Shown one piece after another: positions 14,011 through 28,100 of a stretch of DNA of 64,000 nt. The translations under genes and the position numbers were made by a program. The notes under the pieces are model-generated. The model made no database searches. It was not told where the DNA came from and saw only the letters and a list, made by a program, of their open reading frames with translations. The stretch lies in NCBI GenBank assembly GCA_002633005.1, contig NMRA01000162.1, forward strand, positions 37,335 to 101,334. The letters run 5' to 3'. How positions within the stretch are numbered: position 1 is the first letter of the stretch; each line of letters opens with the position of its first letter. Source of the stretch: Phoronis australis (Eukaryota; Animalia; Phoronida).

Positions 14011-16165
14011 CCATAATGTGTGGGAGCGGGGCTGATCTCTTTGTGAGCACATAATTACATGGTGTGGTTATACTACAAAACGCCAACAAGTGCCTGGTGC
14101 TTTATCGGGGGACACTTCAGATCCGTGAGAGAGAAATACCGTGCGTGAGAGAAGAATGTTTGTCCGTTGGCAATCCTGAGTGATGCACAGGAGAGGAATT
14201 GAGTCAGTGTTCTTTGCTTTTTACATTACGGAGTTCTCCCGTTTAGTCTAACTTGTTAGGTTGAATAGCACAAGTTGGGTGGATGACCGCTGTAGCCAAT
14301 ATCTTACACTGACGACTGATTTAGTCCAGTTCTGGCAATTAGGGATGGAGGGTCAACTCTCTTTTGTTTGATAGTTGCTCTAATCTCCAATAAGATCATA
14401 TCTTATTGACTCACTCGGCTGTGGTGTTAAAAATAAGTTAAGTTATAAAATGTTTGAACATAAACCAATGATATTTCTGAATTCCTCATCAAATACTGGT
14501 AATGCATAAAGTTTTTGAATCACCAAAATCACCCAACCATACAATCGAAGTTAAGACTAATTCATACGCTCACAACCACTGTACGTCTGGTTAAGTCACG
14601 GAACAAGAGAACAACCTAATGAACTTTAAAAACCTGTCAATTATTTGTATGACCCCAATGAGGTCATTTTTCACAGCAGTTCACATTAAATTTAGACCCC
14701 ATTAAAAGCGACCCGGGTCGTATTTTAATTTTACAAAGTTACCCGCGGTCATTGTTCAACATTCAGTGAAAAGGCTTATTGGGGCACCCTGAAAGTACGT
14801 CCCGAGTGAGCGGCACGTCTCCTAGATATAATGTATTTGCATCGAGCGACAAGGATTAAACGATAAATTTGCGCGATCTTAGTGGTTTCTCTTGAAAAAT
14901 AAAACGCTCGCAGTGGATTGACAGGCGTTTAGCTGCTCAGGCCACTCGAAAATCTGCATGCCACTGGTTGTGATCTTCTAATAGTTTGGTATTTTCCCTA
15001 TCGACTGATTAACTTTTAAAAAACGCATTTACGTGCTACATCACATGATTTTGTATATTTCTGGAAAAAATCACTCTTCGGCCTCTTTATTTATTAGATA
15101 TGGCGCTTTGAAAAGGACAATTTACCCCACTCGTTTACACGGCAATTAGCCGTGTCACGTGACTAGTAACACTCTCCAATATGGCGTCAAGTTGTCAGCC
15201 GCAGTAGCGCGTGCGCCCGGTCTATAGTATTAAGATGTCTATGGTACAGCCCCATAAAAAGCCTCTCATTAGGCAACTCTTAAACTAACAGGATTTCCAC
15301 ACAAGTGTACGAGAAAGCATGCAGTGTTCACTCCAATGTATCCAGCAAACTTCTGGACACATCAAAGGCTTGATGGTGCCATCACCAACTAAAGTGAGCT
15401 AGTCAATATTCATGAGCTTGGCGGAATGCAGTGTTTAGATGGAGACAATTGCGGCCATAAACAATGCGCCTGTTTAGCATACTAGTTTTAAAGTCAAAAA
15501 CAAACAAGATGTAAGGCAAATGACCAATCAGTTTTTTAAAATTGAAAGTAAATACCAGCCGTCTTTGAATTTTTAAAATAGAATGCATTATAAGAGAAAT
15601 TAAGTCAAACAAATAATTTGCGAGGAATATTGTGAACTTAGGTCATGTTTTATGAAGGAAGTTCAATGGAAGCAACCAACACCAGAATCCTGTATACGCC
15701 TGCTAGCTAATCCAGATATATCTGTTGTTAAATGTGTGTATTCTGCCCTTAAAAGACGAGAACAACTCTTAAATGGGTTGACTGTGTGTGCAAATGTGCC
15801 CGTTTAATTTTTGTTCATTTTACTTTGGGCCAGAGGCCTTTAATACAAATACAAATAAACGTATTTGAAATTAGCGAATAGGTTTTCTTCAGAAACACGG
15901 TTAAAGCCAGGCACATTAATTTGTGAATCGAATCGAATGGGTAAGTTACAGTCTGGCAAACAAAATCCTTGCCAATGGGCAGTAGCCTCTTAGCCAAATA
16001 GTTTTTCTGAATTAAGACACCTGGTTGGAGTCTTGGTACTGATGGATTTTTCAACACTACCAAATTGTCAATTCGTCCCTACATGAGAAATCATTTGGTA
16101 CTGATAACATATAGTTGTCAGGACTGATTTACAAAACCAGGCAATCACTGAATAACTGCTACAGT

Positions 16166-17276
16166 ATTCAGTGGATGAAACTGGTTCTCTAAATCAGGTC
16201 AAACTGCAAAATCTGACCAGTACCAAATTATTTGAAACAACTGACAGCTATCAAATTTTCAAAAATGTGAGAACCATTCTAATCCTAGCCTCGTTTCTCT
16301 TCGTATGGGGACTCATACAATATAAACTAGTCACTCATCTGATTTACTACATCAGAGCACCATGCCTGTGTATGCCTGCAGTGTATACAGCAATGTAATT
16401 GCCTACATCTCAAAGGGCCCTCGTTCACCCAAGCCAGGCTAAGGAAAAAGGTGCTGGTGCCCCGCTCTCAGAGGTCAGATGGTATTTTTGGTTGAGGTGA
16501 AACCCCTCACTCGCCCCACCCACCCCCATGCGTTTTGCAGGAAGGATTTTAATCAGTAAACAGTTAGTACACCACAGGCACTCTCATCAGCCGCTCGCCG
16601 TAATGTACTATAATATATATACATATACATATATACACGGTAGTATCATACAAGCGGCTGATTAAAGTGCCTGTGGCTGTGGTAAACTGAGTGTAAACAG
16701 AAGACCTGTAGTGTGCGAACTTAGAATCCTGCATAATCTCAAGATCGCGTATGCGTGAACTTGGAACTGAATATTCATTAAGGGAAACAGGTGAAATTGT
16801 TTGTTGAGTGTAAAGAATATTTGTTATTATTGATATCACGATCACCCATTTTCTCATTTACTGTAACTTGTTTCACCAAATCATAGGCAGATCCACGAGG
16901 GATCAAGAGGGTCCAGAACCTCCTTTTTCCTTTGATTTTAGAGATATCAAATCTAGAATTTTCAAATTGTTTACTTGGACCCCATTTTAAGAAAATCCTT
17001 GAGCCGACCCCCACTTTGAAAAATCCTGGATCCGCCCGTGTGAATTGGAGGAATATGTGAATGATTAAATAAATTATTGTTAGGTGAATAAGACCGCCAA
17101 TAGTTGAAATGAGGATGGATAAATTTCATTAACATGAATTCAATTTAATGCCGTGCAAATTTTTATCAACGTGAACGTGATTATTTTGAGTGAACTTGTC
17201 AAGTTTCCTCGCGTATTCCAAGGGCACTAGTCGGATACAGAGAACTGATTCAGAGAACCAGTTTCATCCACTAAAT
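16166..17276. repeat. ~35-bp inverted repeat pair 1.1 kb apart (16166-16200 / 17242-17276), probable DNA-transposon ends
   Basis: attcagtggatgaaactggttctctaaatcaggtc vs gaactgattcagagaaccagtttcatccactaaat; a related end lies at ~51288-51315. Confidence 0.55.
16886..17036. mobile_element. Small MITE with GGC(A/G)GATCC termini
   Basis: ggcagatccac ... aaatcctggatccgcc; a similar element lies at ~39625-39777. Confidence 0.6.
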
Positions 17277-17327
17277 AACGGGCCCGTTATTTAGTGACTG
17301 CCTGACAATCGAGGCCTTGGGTATCAC

Positions 17328-17482
17328 GTTACCATAGACACGTACAAAATCACTGTTGACACCGTTCACAGTCTGCAATCCTTGGCTTCTTTCCGAATGT
17401 TATTCTCCCACGAAGGTGGCGCTGCAAGTAGTAAACTTCACTATTTCCGTTTCCGCTTTGCCATAAATGTAAACAGTAAACA
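17328..17482. promoter_or_regulatory. Putative OGFOD2 proximal promoter (possibly shared with RNF141) with X-box-, ETS- and forkhead-like motifs
   Basis: GTTACCATAGACAC (17328-17341), ATTTCCGTTTCCG (~17443-17455) and tandem GTAAACA (17469-17482), 140-300 nt upstream of the OGFOD2 ATG; RNF141 is transcribed divergently. Confidence 0.4.
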
Positions 17483-17620
17483 GTACGAAACTGCTTCAAT
17501 TTTTTTTCGTTCTTGAACATGTGAGAGTGGTTACATTGTCACAAAATCTGTCTCAACATTTGAATTCTGTACTCTTCACTCTGTACAGTCGGTGAAAAAT
17601 TTTTAAACCTCAAATCGAGA

Positions 17621-20600
17621 ATGACCGACTTGGAAAGACCTGCGCAATATGTTTGTTCCTGCTTCTTCACTCACAATATTTTTTTGAAGGATCTAAGGTT
17701 ACACGTCAATTTTATTGACAGAAATCAGTTTATGAAAGATTATCATACGGTAAGTCACTAACTGAAAAAGAGTAGGCCTAAGAAAGTATTGTAGACACCC
17801 AACGACTATTCAAGGTTCACTGCATTCTTTTAGAGATACTAAAATCGTTCCACCGTGACCAAGTCTGATTAGACGGCTCCCAGGCCTTAGCCATATAGCC
17901 TTACTAACTAAGCCATAGGCATTGTTCTCTCCATACGCACACGGGAAGGTTTTTTGGTGAATTATACCTCATACTGATTAAACCATCAAAGTCAAGTTGC
18001 TTTAAGTATCTTGCGCTCTACCTTAGGAGGCGGTCAATGTTTTTTTTAATTCCTTTCAACTCGAACAAATACTCCCGTAATCAAATGTTTGTTCAAGCAG
18101 TCCTTCGCTCAGTTGCCCAAATTGGCAGTTGGCCATTTCACACTGCTTGCGCCAGGGGATATGCCATCAGCAATAAATTCTCAATAACTGGTTACAATGC
18201 ACTGATTTTGAAAATTTGATAACAGTCACTCTGAAATTGAAATTTTGTGTTAGTAAAATACCAGTGAGATGTTTGAATTCTTTTTTAGATCCTTCAACAG
18301 TTGGGATGTACAAGCAATGAAGCCATAGAAGATGTGATATCTGAGGTACAAGGCTTTCATGTTTACTTAAAGTTGCATTTCACTTTGTTCATGAGGCATA
18401 AAATGAATTTGAATTAAGCCTTTTTAAATTATGTCTCATAGTATTCCTTAAAATGATAAAATTCCATTGTCACTACCAGCTCAAGTTGCAGGCAAAGCAC
18501 ACATGCACCATTTCTGAATTTGCACGAGGCCAACCTTGTAAGGGTAAAAGGCTTACTTTCCATTTTTGTTTTTAGCCTGCTAAACAGGGTGAAGAGACTG
18601 TTCAAGTTTGAAAATACCATGAAATGAGGTGTTAAAAACGTGTCAACTCTGAAAAGTGCATATTATTAATCAGTAATGACTTTTCAATGTAATAAACCAT
18701 TTTCTCCATAACTAGCCAAATTGGCTAAAGCAAGAAAACGATTGTGTACGGATTTGGGTTAACTTTTTCACTTAAAGTCTTGCTTCAATATGGTAAGAAG
18801 GGTTTTAGTCACATTTGATTAATTATGATAACTGCATTAATTTTTTTTTCTATGTTTTGTAGATCCATGCAGAGATTGATAGGAGGAAAAAGTTACCTGA
18901 ACAAAAACTTGAAAGGTCACAGAATATTTTTCAAAATTATGTCAAGTTAAAGCCTCATGTGTTTACTCTACAGGTAGTCAGTCAAGATATCATAATTATG
19001 AGTAACTGTTTAAATTTTGATCTGTTCAGTTACCCAATTGAAGTTCATTGATTCTTTTTGAAAAGAAACATTTTGAATAAAATGTAGTGGGGAAAACTAG
19101 ATATGTTTCTGAAGTTATCTGAGCTATTCTTGAAACTGAGCGTTCTTCATTTTGAATACTGTTATCCCATACGTGTGTTGTTAACATTAGACCTACAGGT
19201 ATGACACTATTAATCATCTACCTACTCTTCTATCTTGACATATGACGCTGTAATATTATCTAGACTGTTGTTGCCTGGGAAGTGTTGTTTTTTTTTCAAG
19301 TTTCCATTGATACCTTTGTATTAGGTTGGCAGGAGGGATCTTAGAGGGTGTCCCCAAATTAAAGAAATCAGTGTTGTTGAAAATTGTAATACAGGGCATT
19401 AACTTTATTGAGTTTTGTTAAAATTGCCAAAGAAGATTTCACGTGTTGCCATTTTGCTTTAGACCTGGTTCGTTCATGTTTATTTCTTCCAGGAAATGTT
19501 TTTTACCCCCCAGTTCGTTGAGCTTATTCAACAATGTAAGGATGGGGCTACTCTCGAAGAATTGGAGGAAATTGTAACTGTTGAAAAAGGTTGGTAATGG
19601 CTGCACCTGATTGACTTTGCCGATTCCGTCAGGTCAACCAGCTATTACATCTAATTTGTTCTCGACAACAACTTCTGGCTTACAGACCAATCAGATGTCG
19701 TAGCTGATTGTCCTGGTGGAACAGCGGGCTATACACAGTCAGGCAGCTCCCCCTGTTAATTGGCCTTGCCTACCAGAGATTTGCATACAAGGTGGATACA
19801 TAAGACACGGAGAGATCCACAGCCTATTAGAGTTCATGATAGCCTATAGTGTTAGGTATCTTGAAAATGCTGACTTTGTAATCATTGTGATTTGATTTTG
19901 CTTTGTCACTCTACAAATAGTTAAACAACCTTCATTAAATAATGTCATATGCATTGCTGTCAAAGACTTCATGGAGAAGCCATTCTTAATACAATGAGTA
20001 AGTGTTCCTGATTTTATGCAGTATGACGCTGCGGTTTGACACTACAGACTTTGATAATTTTTCGATTGTGAGGTTGACACTTTTGGCGTGGTCTAACTAA
20101 TGACTATGATGCTATGTATACCGCTTTAAAGAAACATTATAGTGTGGTAACAGTTTTTCTGCTTGGGATTTTAGCTGAAAGGGTGTACTCGTTTCCGGTT
20201 TTCAACCAACAGTTTTGCAGTGATTTGATGGATGAATTGACGCACTTCAGCAAGACAGATCTTCCCAAAGGAAGGCCAAACACTATGAATAACTATGGTG
20301 TAAGTATCCATTCAAAAGTTTTACCAATTGTTCAGTAGTTTTAGTTCATTCAGTGGATTTTGATTGCATGAAGAATAGTGTAACAAGAATGGGAACTGTT
20401 TGATTTTGTGTCAGTTGTCTAAAAACTTGCCCAACTTTGTCAATTACAAAAGTTGTCCTCTTGATCTCTGATATATTCACAGTTGCACACTTGCATACCT
20501 TTCCATTTTGGGATGAACATACTGTGGCCCAAGCTTGTAGCGTTTTTTACAAATTTTGCGCCTGTATTTTCTGTGTTCCTTGTAGGATCTTTGTGATTTT

Positions 20601-21687
20601 TTTTAAACATGAAGACTTCTTTCAGACGAATCCAACTATCTCTGTGCTTCCTAGTGGCAAGTTGATTTTCTAAGTTTGCCACTGTTATTTTCAGAGTTAA
20701 TTGACAAATTTTCATGAAATTTGACAAATAGGTTTCCAATGGATTCAGCCTACTTTGTGTCTTCTTGTGTCCATTTCTATAATACTAAAAAATACGCCTA
20801 TAATTAAACATTTGTGGTGCAGCCGTGGGCACATTGTAATGCATTGTGTTGCCTTTGTTGATAAAATGTGCTTATTTGTCTGATATTTATGTCATTTTAA
20901 CAACCACTGGTTTCCAAATTCAAGAAATCTTTGGACACCAATCTGATATATCAGTTACAATAATTATTATCTGACATCAATTTCAATTTTTTTGCTATTA
21001 TCATTACCCATGGTTTCAATGTATAGGGTACATTTAATGGGTGTAATGATTAAAGGTGATAAACTTGATAATTATATATGATGAGTCATATAATAGTGAT
21101 CTCACTGCATTAAAATTATTGTTGTTACTACTAATGATAATGATAATGACCTTAATAAGGATATCGTTTTTCATCAGGTTCTTCTTGACGAAATTGGATT
21201 TGACGAACATTTCCTCAATCCTTTACGTGAGGATTTCCTTAATCCATTAACAAAAGCACTGTTTCCAGACTATGGCGGTGGGTCACTGGATTCTCACAAG
21301 GCGTTTATTGTGAAGTACAAAATGGGCGAAGATCTCGACTTGAGTTATCATTATGACAATGCTGAAATTACTCTCAATGTTTGCCTCGGGAGTGACTTTA
21401 CTGGAGGAGGACTGTACTTTGGAGCCATGCGAAAAGCTGGATCTGGTGGACTGTTTCACTATGACAACAAACCTGGGATTGGTTTGCTCCACAGGGGGCA
21501 GCACATGCACGGCGCATATGCCATTGGCAGTGGGGAGAGGTATAATCTGATTATTTGGTTGAGAAGTTCACAAGTGAGGAACAAATTGTGTCCCATGTGT
21601 GACCGAACACCGAAGATTGTTAAAACTGTTGGAATTCACGATGGTTTTTCATCGTCACTCTCTGTTGATGTTTGTAATGTGCAATAA
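17621..21687 (+). CDS. OGFOD2: 2-oxoglutarate/Fe(II)-dependent oxygenase domain-containing protein 2, 6 coding exons, ~342 aa
   Basis: Exons 17621-17749, 18289-18345, 18863-18973, 19493-19589, 20175-20299, 21178-21687 join in frame. N-terminal CSCFFTHNIF..LHV, 'GRPNTMNNYG', HxD motif (HYDNAEITLNVCLG), distal H (HMHGA), 'ERYNLIIW.RSS..RN.LCPMC'. Confidence 0.95.
17981..18170 (+). repeat. Dispersed repeat family 2, copy 1 (related to 25810-25962 on - and 26235-26450 on +)
   Basis: Shared core ctc(g/a)aacaaatact.c.g.aatcaa...tccttc..tcagtt...caaat.ggca..tggc.attt. Confidence 0.7.
19620..19727. repeat. Imperfect ~40-bp inverted repeat (hairpin or small MITE) in OGFOD2 intron 4
   Basis: ccgattccgtcaggtcaaccagctattacatctaattt vs aatcagatgtcgtagctgattgtcctggtggaacagcgg. 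Confidence 0.55.
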
Positions 21688-22549
21688 ATGCTGCTGGTGC
21701 AACCTGGTTTCAATTTTCTTAACTAAGTGAATATTTCAAGCGAGCTGTTTTCATATGCTGACATCAATAGGTTGTTTTTTTGTTAAAGGTTCCCTGTAGT
21801 TTTGCCCCGCTTCCGACATTCTTTACCCATATATCTATAAAAATATGTAAATGAACTCAGGGGAAAATTTAAAATCATGAAAAATTTAGTTATGAGGAAC
21901 AAAGGCTGTAGAAAATGTTATAATTGCCATTATTCTATACAGTGGCAATGTGATGTATCACGATCCTTGTAAACAACTACTTTGACTGCCAGAAATTCAT
22001 CATTTTTTCCAGAATGTTTCCTACTTGCCCTGGTATGTATCTTTCTGGAAAATTATATCTTAAATTTCCATGTTTTCAAAAAGAAAACGTCACCCAATTT
22101 TAGCTCAGTGAAATGGGTCAGGGTTTTCTTGTTAGTATTCGGAGTTAAATGGCACCAGTTTGTGAGGTGCTGCTTTTTAAGTAAATCGGGTGGAGACCAC
22201 AAGTTATGCTGTTTTTGGCGTAGTATCCCATTTACCAATTCATATATTCCTTCCTTCACTTAAATAAAATTTAGGAAAAAGGAAGTAATGTTCCGGCAAA
22301 ATAAAACCCCAGTATCATTGACATAATTTAATATTGAAAATGGAATCTCGAAAAAGTTTGTACTTAGAAGTTTTTCTTTTAATTTAAAAATGTTTTCTAA
22401 AAATTATAAAAGAGGACCATTTTATAAACAATCCCTGACAGCCTGTTGGAGGCTGGAGAACACTACTGAGGCAGTGTAACCTACAAACTTCAGATATTCT
22501 GCGAAGTAACATATTTTTAAGAAAATAACGATTCACAATTTTGAATGTA

Positions 22550-22735
22550 GGGGGCGAAGTGGACAAAAAGGTCCGCCTCAGAGAAACAAAAAGTCCGAGA
22601 AAACAAGACAAAAGTCCTCCGTGACTAAAAGGCACGAATTCGGTGAATGGGTGAATGCACAATTCATAGCTCTGAACGTACCCCGTTTTTCTTAGTAAAA
22701 GGTCCACATTCTCAAAAATTCGAGCAACCCTATAT
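22550..22735 (+). repeat. Dispersed repeat family 1, copy 2
   Basis: gtggacaaaaaggtcc..gagaaacaaaaagtccgag..tgcacaattc..taaaaggtcc..aaaaattcgag, colinear with 24660-24840. Confidence 0.7.
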
Positions 22736-24252
22736 TGTAGGCTGGGTGCGCGAATGGGGTTGTACTGAATTCGGGCAAATCAAGTCATCATTTTCCCGCG
22801 TTTTTATTGTCGAAAACCGATATGAATTTCAGAGTAGCGAAGTTGTTGACATGTTTTGACACGGAAAGAAAAGCTAACATTGAAAATACGTGTACATTTC
22901 ACTTTGTTGTGAGTATGAAACATTGCGTTGAATTGGGCAATAGATTGGGCTCAGAAAACACAAGAAAACGGTAGTAACCACATTTTATGGTATGCTAAGT
23001 TTAATCTTGCTTTTTTTACTAATTCACTGTATTGTCTTCCCTGCCACAATCGATGATCCAAAGATGAAAATTAAAATAAAGTGTTTTTGACCTTTAAGTA
23101 GGACGGGAGGGGAAAATCGATAATCTTTTAGCACACATTTCCCGTCATGGTGGTTGTAGACAGTATTGTGACAGTCACTTGGAAGTTTTTTTGAAACTTG
23201 TGGTTTCGCAACGGGTTTTAGGGAGCAGTGAGTTTTGGGAAAGAATGGTTAATACTCCACATAGTAATTTTGACTATTAAAACTGCATTTCCTCTTCGCC
23301 AGCTGCAAAAAGAAATAAAAATAAAAGGAAGTAAGTTCTAAAATTGGTCTTCTAATATTTCCCACGTCCGTGATAGGACTCAATTTCTAGCATTACCAAT
23401 TCACACGAGCATCGAAACTATATCAAAGACTCCGTGTAACGCTTCAGAATTTGTTGGGGCTTGCGAATTCGAAAGGCGGGCGAATCCTATCCGATCCTGA
23501 ATTGCTGCCCCGCGCTGAGCAACTTAAATTGCAAGCCAAGGGTTTGCACCAAAATTTCGATTTTTAATTACGCTGACGCTGATGGTGCTCTCAATACTCT
23601 CCCGCACCAAAGGATCATCGGATTTTAACGTTGGAAGCTTCAGGTGACGAGACATGGGGGAACCCCTTGTCTTCTTTTCCATTATCCCCCCGTCCTGCCT
23701 CTCCCCATAATGACGGTCCATTCATTTTCCCGAATATCTTTTAGTCAGAGCTGGGAAATGACTATGGTGAATCACAACTGAATAAATCATTTTGAATATT
23801 GTCTACTGAACTTGGCGTTGTGCATTGTTTACTCATCGTTGATGGTAGCGTTATGTTTCGCACACAGCTCATGGCCCCAGTTCCAATTAACTTATCGATT
23901 CCTAAATTAGGACATTAGAGCCATGAATTTTTTTCTAGTTGGCATACTGCATTGACATTAATGCAGTTTTTGTTATGAAAAGATAAAGACGCACACAAAG
24001 ATGCTCGAGAACAAATACGCTAGGGATGATGCTTTATTTGTAGTAGGTCCTGTATTTAGCCGCTTTTAATTTCATTACGCCCTGTAGCTACTTCTCTGTG
24101 CTCAGTGCCCATGTCAGCGTGAAGTGTGCGCCTACCAGGCATATGCGCCTCATACGCGAAACACTTAATTAGTGAACTACAACAAGAGTTCTATAATAAA
24201 ACCAAGTAACATCAACTCATGGAATTCGACACCCTGAATTTAAGAAATGCAT

Positions 24253-24292
24253 GAACATGTCCAACTTGAAGAGAACATGTCCAACTTGAAGA
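24253..24292. repeat. Perfect 20-bp tandem duplication
   Basis: gaacatgtccaacttgaaga x2. Confidence 0.8.
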
Positions 24293-24659
24293 CACACTGG
24301 CCGCGAGCAAAATATTTTTTGTGAAATCACATCATGGCGCACTCATGTGTTGCGTTCGCGTTGGCATGCACGGTTACAAATATTTTTCTTAGTATACAAT
24401 AATTAAAAATTGTTTTTGGACCGTCAGCAGTCATCAAACAGGTATGACAAGCAACACTCACGCCATATGGCCAGAAGTGTGCGAGAGGTAAAAAATAATT
24501 ACTTTCCATAATATGATGTACCTCCGGGTTTTAACGGCGTGTCCTAGCAATCGTTTCAGTGGTCGGGACAACTGAGTACAAAAACTAGCGCGTACCGGCT
24601 CTTTACAGGCCTTGCCTCTGTCGAAGATTTACCATGGGCGCACCCGGGGGGGNTGGGAA

Positions 24660-24840
24660 TCGGGCAAAAAGTGAAACAATAGGGTCCGAGTAAACGAGAC
24701 AAAAAAGTCCACAAAATCCCACGGGAAGTCAGCGCGGATGCACAATTCGTGGGATTGAACCTGGTGGCCCCGTTTTTTAGTCCTCGTTGATTTCTTTCAC
24801 TAAAAGGTCCGTACACCAAAAAATTCGAGTCCCCTCTCGG
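24660..24840 (+). repeat. Dispersed repeat family 1, copy 3
   Basis: gtccgagtaaacgagacaaaaaagtccac..tgcacaattc..taaaaggtcc..aaaaattcgag. Confidence 0.7.
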
Positions 24841-25113
24841 AGTGCCGAAGTGAGGCTGGGTGTTTTCAGTCATTTTACTGCAGTTTCTCACTGATGTGTC
24901 GAGCAATTCCCAATTGAACTTTCCAACACAAAAAACGTTCACATTGCAGCTACAATAGGGATTTTTTTATTTACGGTTCCAAGCGTCAAACACTCTAACA
25001 CATTGGACATAGTCAGTGATGAGTACAACTGAAGCCGCCACGCCTCGACTAGACCAAACAGTGAAATATTAGCGATAGAGGGCTCTGGTGTTTCCTAGTT
25101 CCGCATAAACAAT

Positions 25114-28100
25114 ATGGCGGGCAAAGCAAGCTTTCTCGTCTGTATTCTTCTCACGGATATTCAAGACATCCTATCACAGAGCACGATTATAGAACCAAAT
25201 AAAGGTTTGTTGTAAATGGGTTTTAGTGTATGATTGGACATCTCAACATGAGATTTCACGGAGAATTTGATTGGGAGATTCTGCTTCTGTCGCATTAGAC
25301 AGTGTCAGTGACCAGGGGCAGGGTGCCAGGGACACAGGGTAGAGTTCAGTAGGCCCTAGCTGTCTCGCAGCTTAGTATTTTATGGCCAATTTCTGCTCAC
25401 ACTATTATCCCCAGCATTGATACCGCCATGTTAAATGGAAGGAGTCATCTGACAGCGAAAAACTGAACTAATCTACTGACACCCTTTTTCTGGATTCATC
25501 GCTCTTCATAAGTTCAAACTGACCAAGGCCCATTTACTCCGGGCCCGAGCTATGGTCCCAAGGGTTACAATTTCTATGGTGATCCTAGTACACATCCGCT
25601 AGCAAGAGTTTGCGAGAAAATGGGTTGTTTTCGAGGTCTGAATTCGTAAAAAGGATATCACATCAGAATTTCATGGAAAAGGATCACAATTCTAAAAATT
25701 TATGGAAAAGGGTGAAACATTGCCCTTTTTGCTCCATGCTATATCAGGAAAACATTAGTTGGAATATTAGCTTTTCAGCAAAGTCCTAGCATAAGAACTC
25801 TACCCAGGCAATATGACGTCATGTCCTCACAGGCGCGAGCACTGTAAAAATGGCCAGTTGCCGATTTGGCCAACTGAACGAAGGAATGCTAAAAAAAGTT
25901 TGATTACAGGAGTATTTGTTCGAGTTGGAAGGAATTAAAGGCATTGACAGCCTCCTCAGGTGTCCCTCTGTTGCCAAAAGTAGCCAGCCAGCAAGCTGTA
26001 TGAAGACTATCATCAAAATACAGTTAAGAACCACTGTGTGTTAAGCTCCAGTAGACTCTGAAATTTCACATGGGTAGTCCTGCTTGCCACCATGCTGCGA
26101 AGCTTATATCAACATGTAGGGCTGTTGTAGATCAAGTAAGCCACCAGACTGAGTAGTTAGTATCACCGTCTCAACAGTAGAGGCAGTGGCCATCAAAGGC
26201 TGGAAGGTTTTTGGAGAATTGTCTCACATTTATCAAACCATCAAAATCATATTACTATAAGTACCTTTTACGCATTGAGGTACACCTTACAAGGCCATTA
26301 ATGTCTTTAACTTACCCCAGCTCAAACAAATACTTCCGCAATCAACCTTTTTTCAAACAATATTATAGTCCTTCATTCAGTTACACAAATTGGCAACTGG
26401 CTATTTATTGCTCACACAATGCAATAGGGGCTCAAGGTGACATGCCCCCTGGTGGGAACAGTATTGTTTTTCTGATTGTTTCCTTACCGTTGATGAAGCA
26501 TGTTTGTTCAAAGTAAGATGGATTTCACAAAAAATTTGAACCCCAGCTTTTAAACATCAGAAGAAGGGACTTAAATTGAATTTTACAATTTTATGGACTT
26601 AAACCATGAACTGTGGCGTAATGGTATTTAGATAGAACTTAAAATGTTTCAGAGATTGGGGTGTGCACTTGCAACCTCACTCCCAGTGCATGTGACGTCA
26701 ACTGTTGCTGTGACAATGAGTGTAACAAAGTGGATACAGCTGCATTTACCACCTGTGTGGATGTAATTGACAGGTAATAAATATCTTCAAACACAGTGTT
26801 ATTCCTTGTTTGAAAAGCTTCAGTACAATTGCTTGAGAATCTTGAGCTATGTTTGAAAAGCCTTTTTTTAAAAAATTGAGCCATGTTTTGATGCCTCATC
26901 TTTTTGTGCTCTACAAAGGAAGTGTGCTCAGTAAGTGAAAAATGTGTTTTTTCTTTGTAAAAGGTAGGAAGGTTTGCACACAAAAATACCACTCTCGATT
27001 TGAGCCTTTTTGGATCTTTTTCCAGTTTTGTGAGGTGATTGTTTCTTATCAAAGTGTTTTTATTTTTATGAATTTTCAGCTTAAAAAAACAAAAGCCATG
27101 ATAAACTCCATGCATTTGATAAAGAAGCAATAAATTTCTGAAAACATTGTGTACCGGATTAATGAAGTTTTTGTGTATTTTTTCTAGATTGTAGTAACCC
27201 ATTCAATGTTATACTTTTATTTAGGTCACAAACAGTGTAAATGTCCTCACTGTCCAGCTAGTGATTATGGTTACTTTATTTTATTATTTTGTGCTGTAAA
27301 TTTAAAGGGTACTGCATTGTCTAAGGGTAAGCAAAAATTTCTCTTCACAGCTCAGGTTTCATTGGATTGTATCATTTGATTGTATTTTGTTCCATAGATT
27401 TGACCCTTACATGTGCTCTAGCACTAACACGGTCACCATCAACGATATACCCACCACAGTACCAGTGACCAGTAAAAATCTGTTCTGTATTGATAAAGAC
27501 AACTGTGAGTATTGTAAGCTGCTGCTGTAGAGCTTCACATCTTTTGTTTATCACAAAAAGTAATTTTTAAATTGGGTGTCTTGTAATCTTGCCTCGCTAC
27601 AAGAATAATGTTTAATTTTGAACATCTTGTAATCTTGCCATGGTACATGAATAATGTTTAATTTTAGACATCTTGTAATATTGCCTCGGTGCAAGAATAA
27701 TGTTTAATTTTGGACATCTCGTAATCTTGCCTCGGTACAAACTGTGTGTACAGCTTTCAAACGATGCGGGTAAAAATGGCCAAAATTAATGTGGTTAAAA
27801 ACTACACTCATCCTTATGTGATGTGCTGTAAATTAGTTACCGGTGCTAAACAATTGCTGTTCAGCCATGATGGTGATTATTCTCATGCTTAATGTGTGGT
27901 GCCATCTGTTGGTCAATCAACTGTTCTTCATCCTCAAGGTCGTGTGCTGTTCACAACAAATTGCAAGAGTTTAGTTCACTTTGTCATAAGTTTTTAGTAT
28001 TTTAGTACCTGCAAACAGAATTTCTGAGCAAGTTTTGCTTGGACGACGTTATTGGTCTCTTGAAAAATGTCGCAAAATTTTGTAGTTTTTACCGTAAAAA

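Noticed and set aside
25090-25103. X-box at the tectonic A promoter (GTTTCCTAGTTCC)
   Set aside because: Only a half-site; the 3' RAC end is missing.
26639-27202. 187-aa minus-strand ORF
   Set aside because: Low-complexity AT-rich intron sequence plus the antisense of tectonic A exon 2; no domain signal.
27579-27740. Possible CRISPR-like array
   Set aside because: Units are contiguous with no unique spacers; an ordinary eukaryotic minisatellite.
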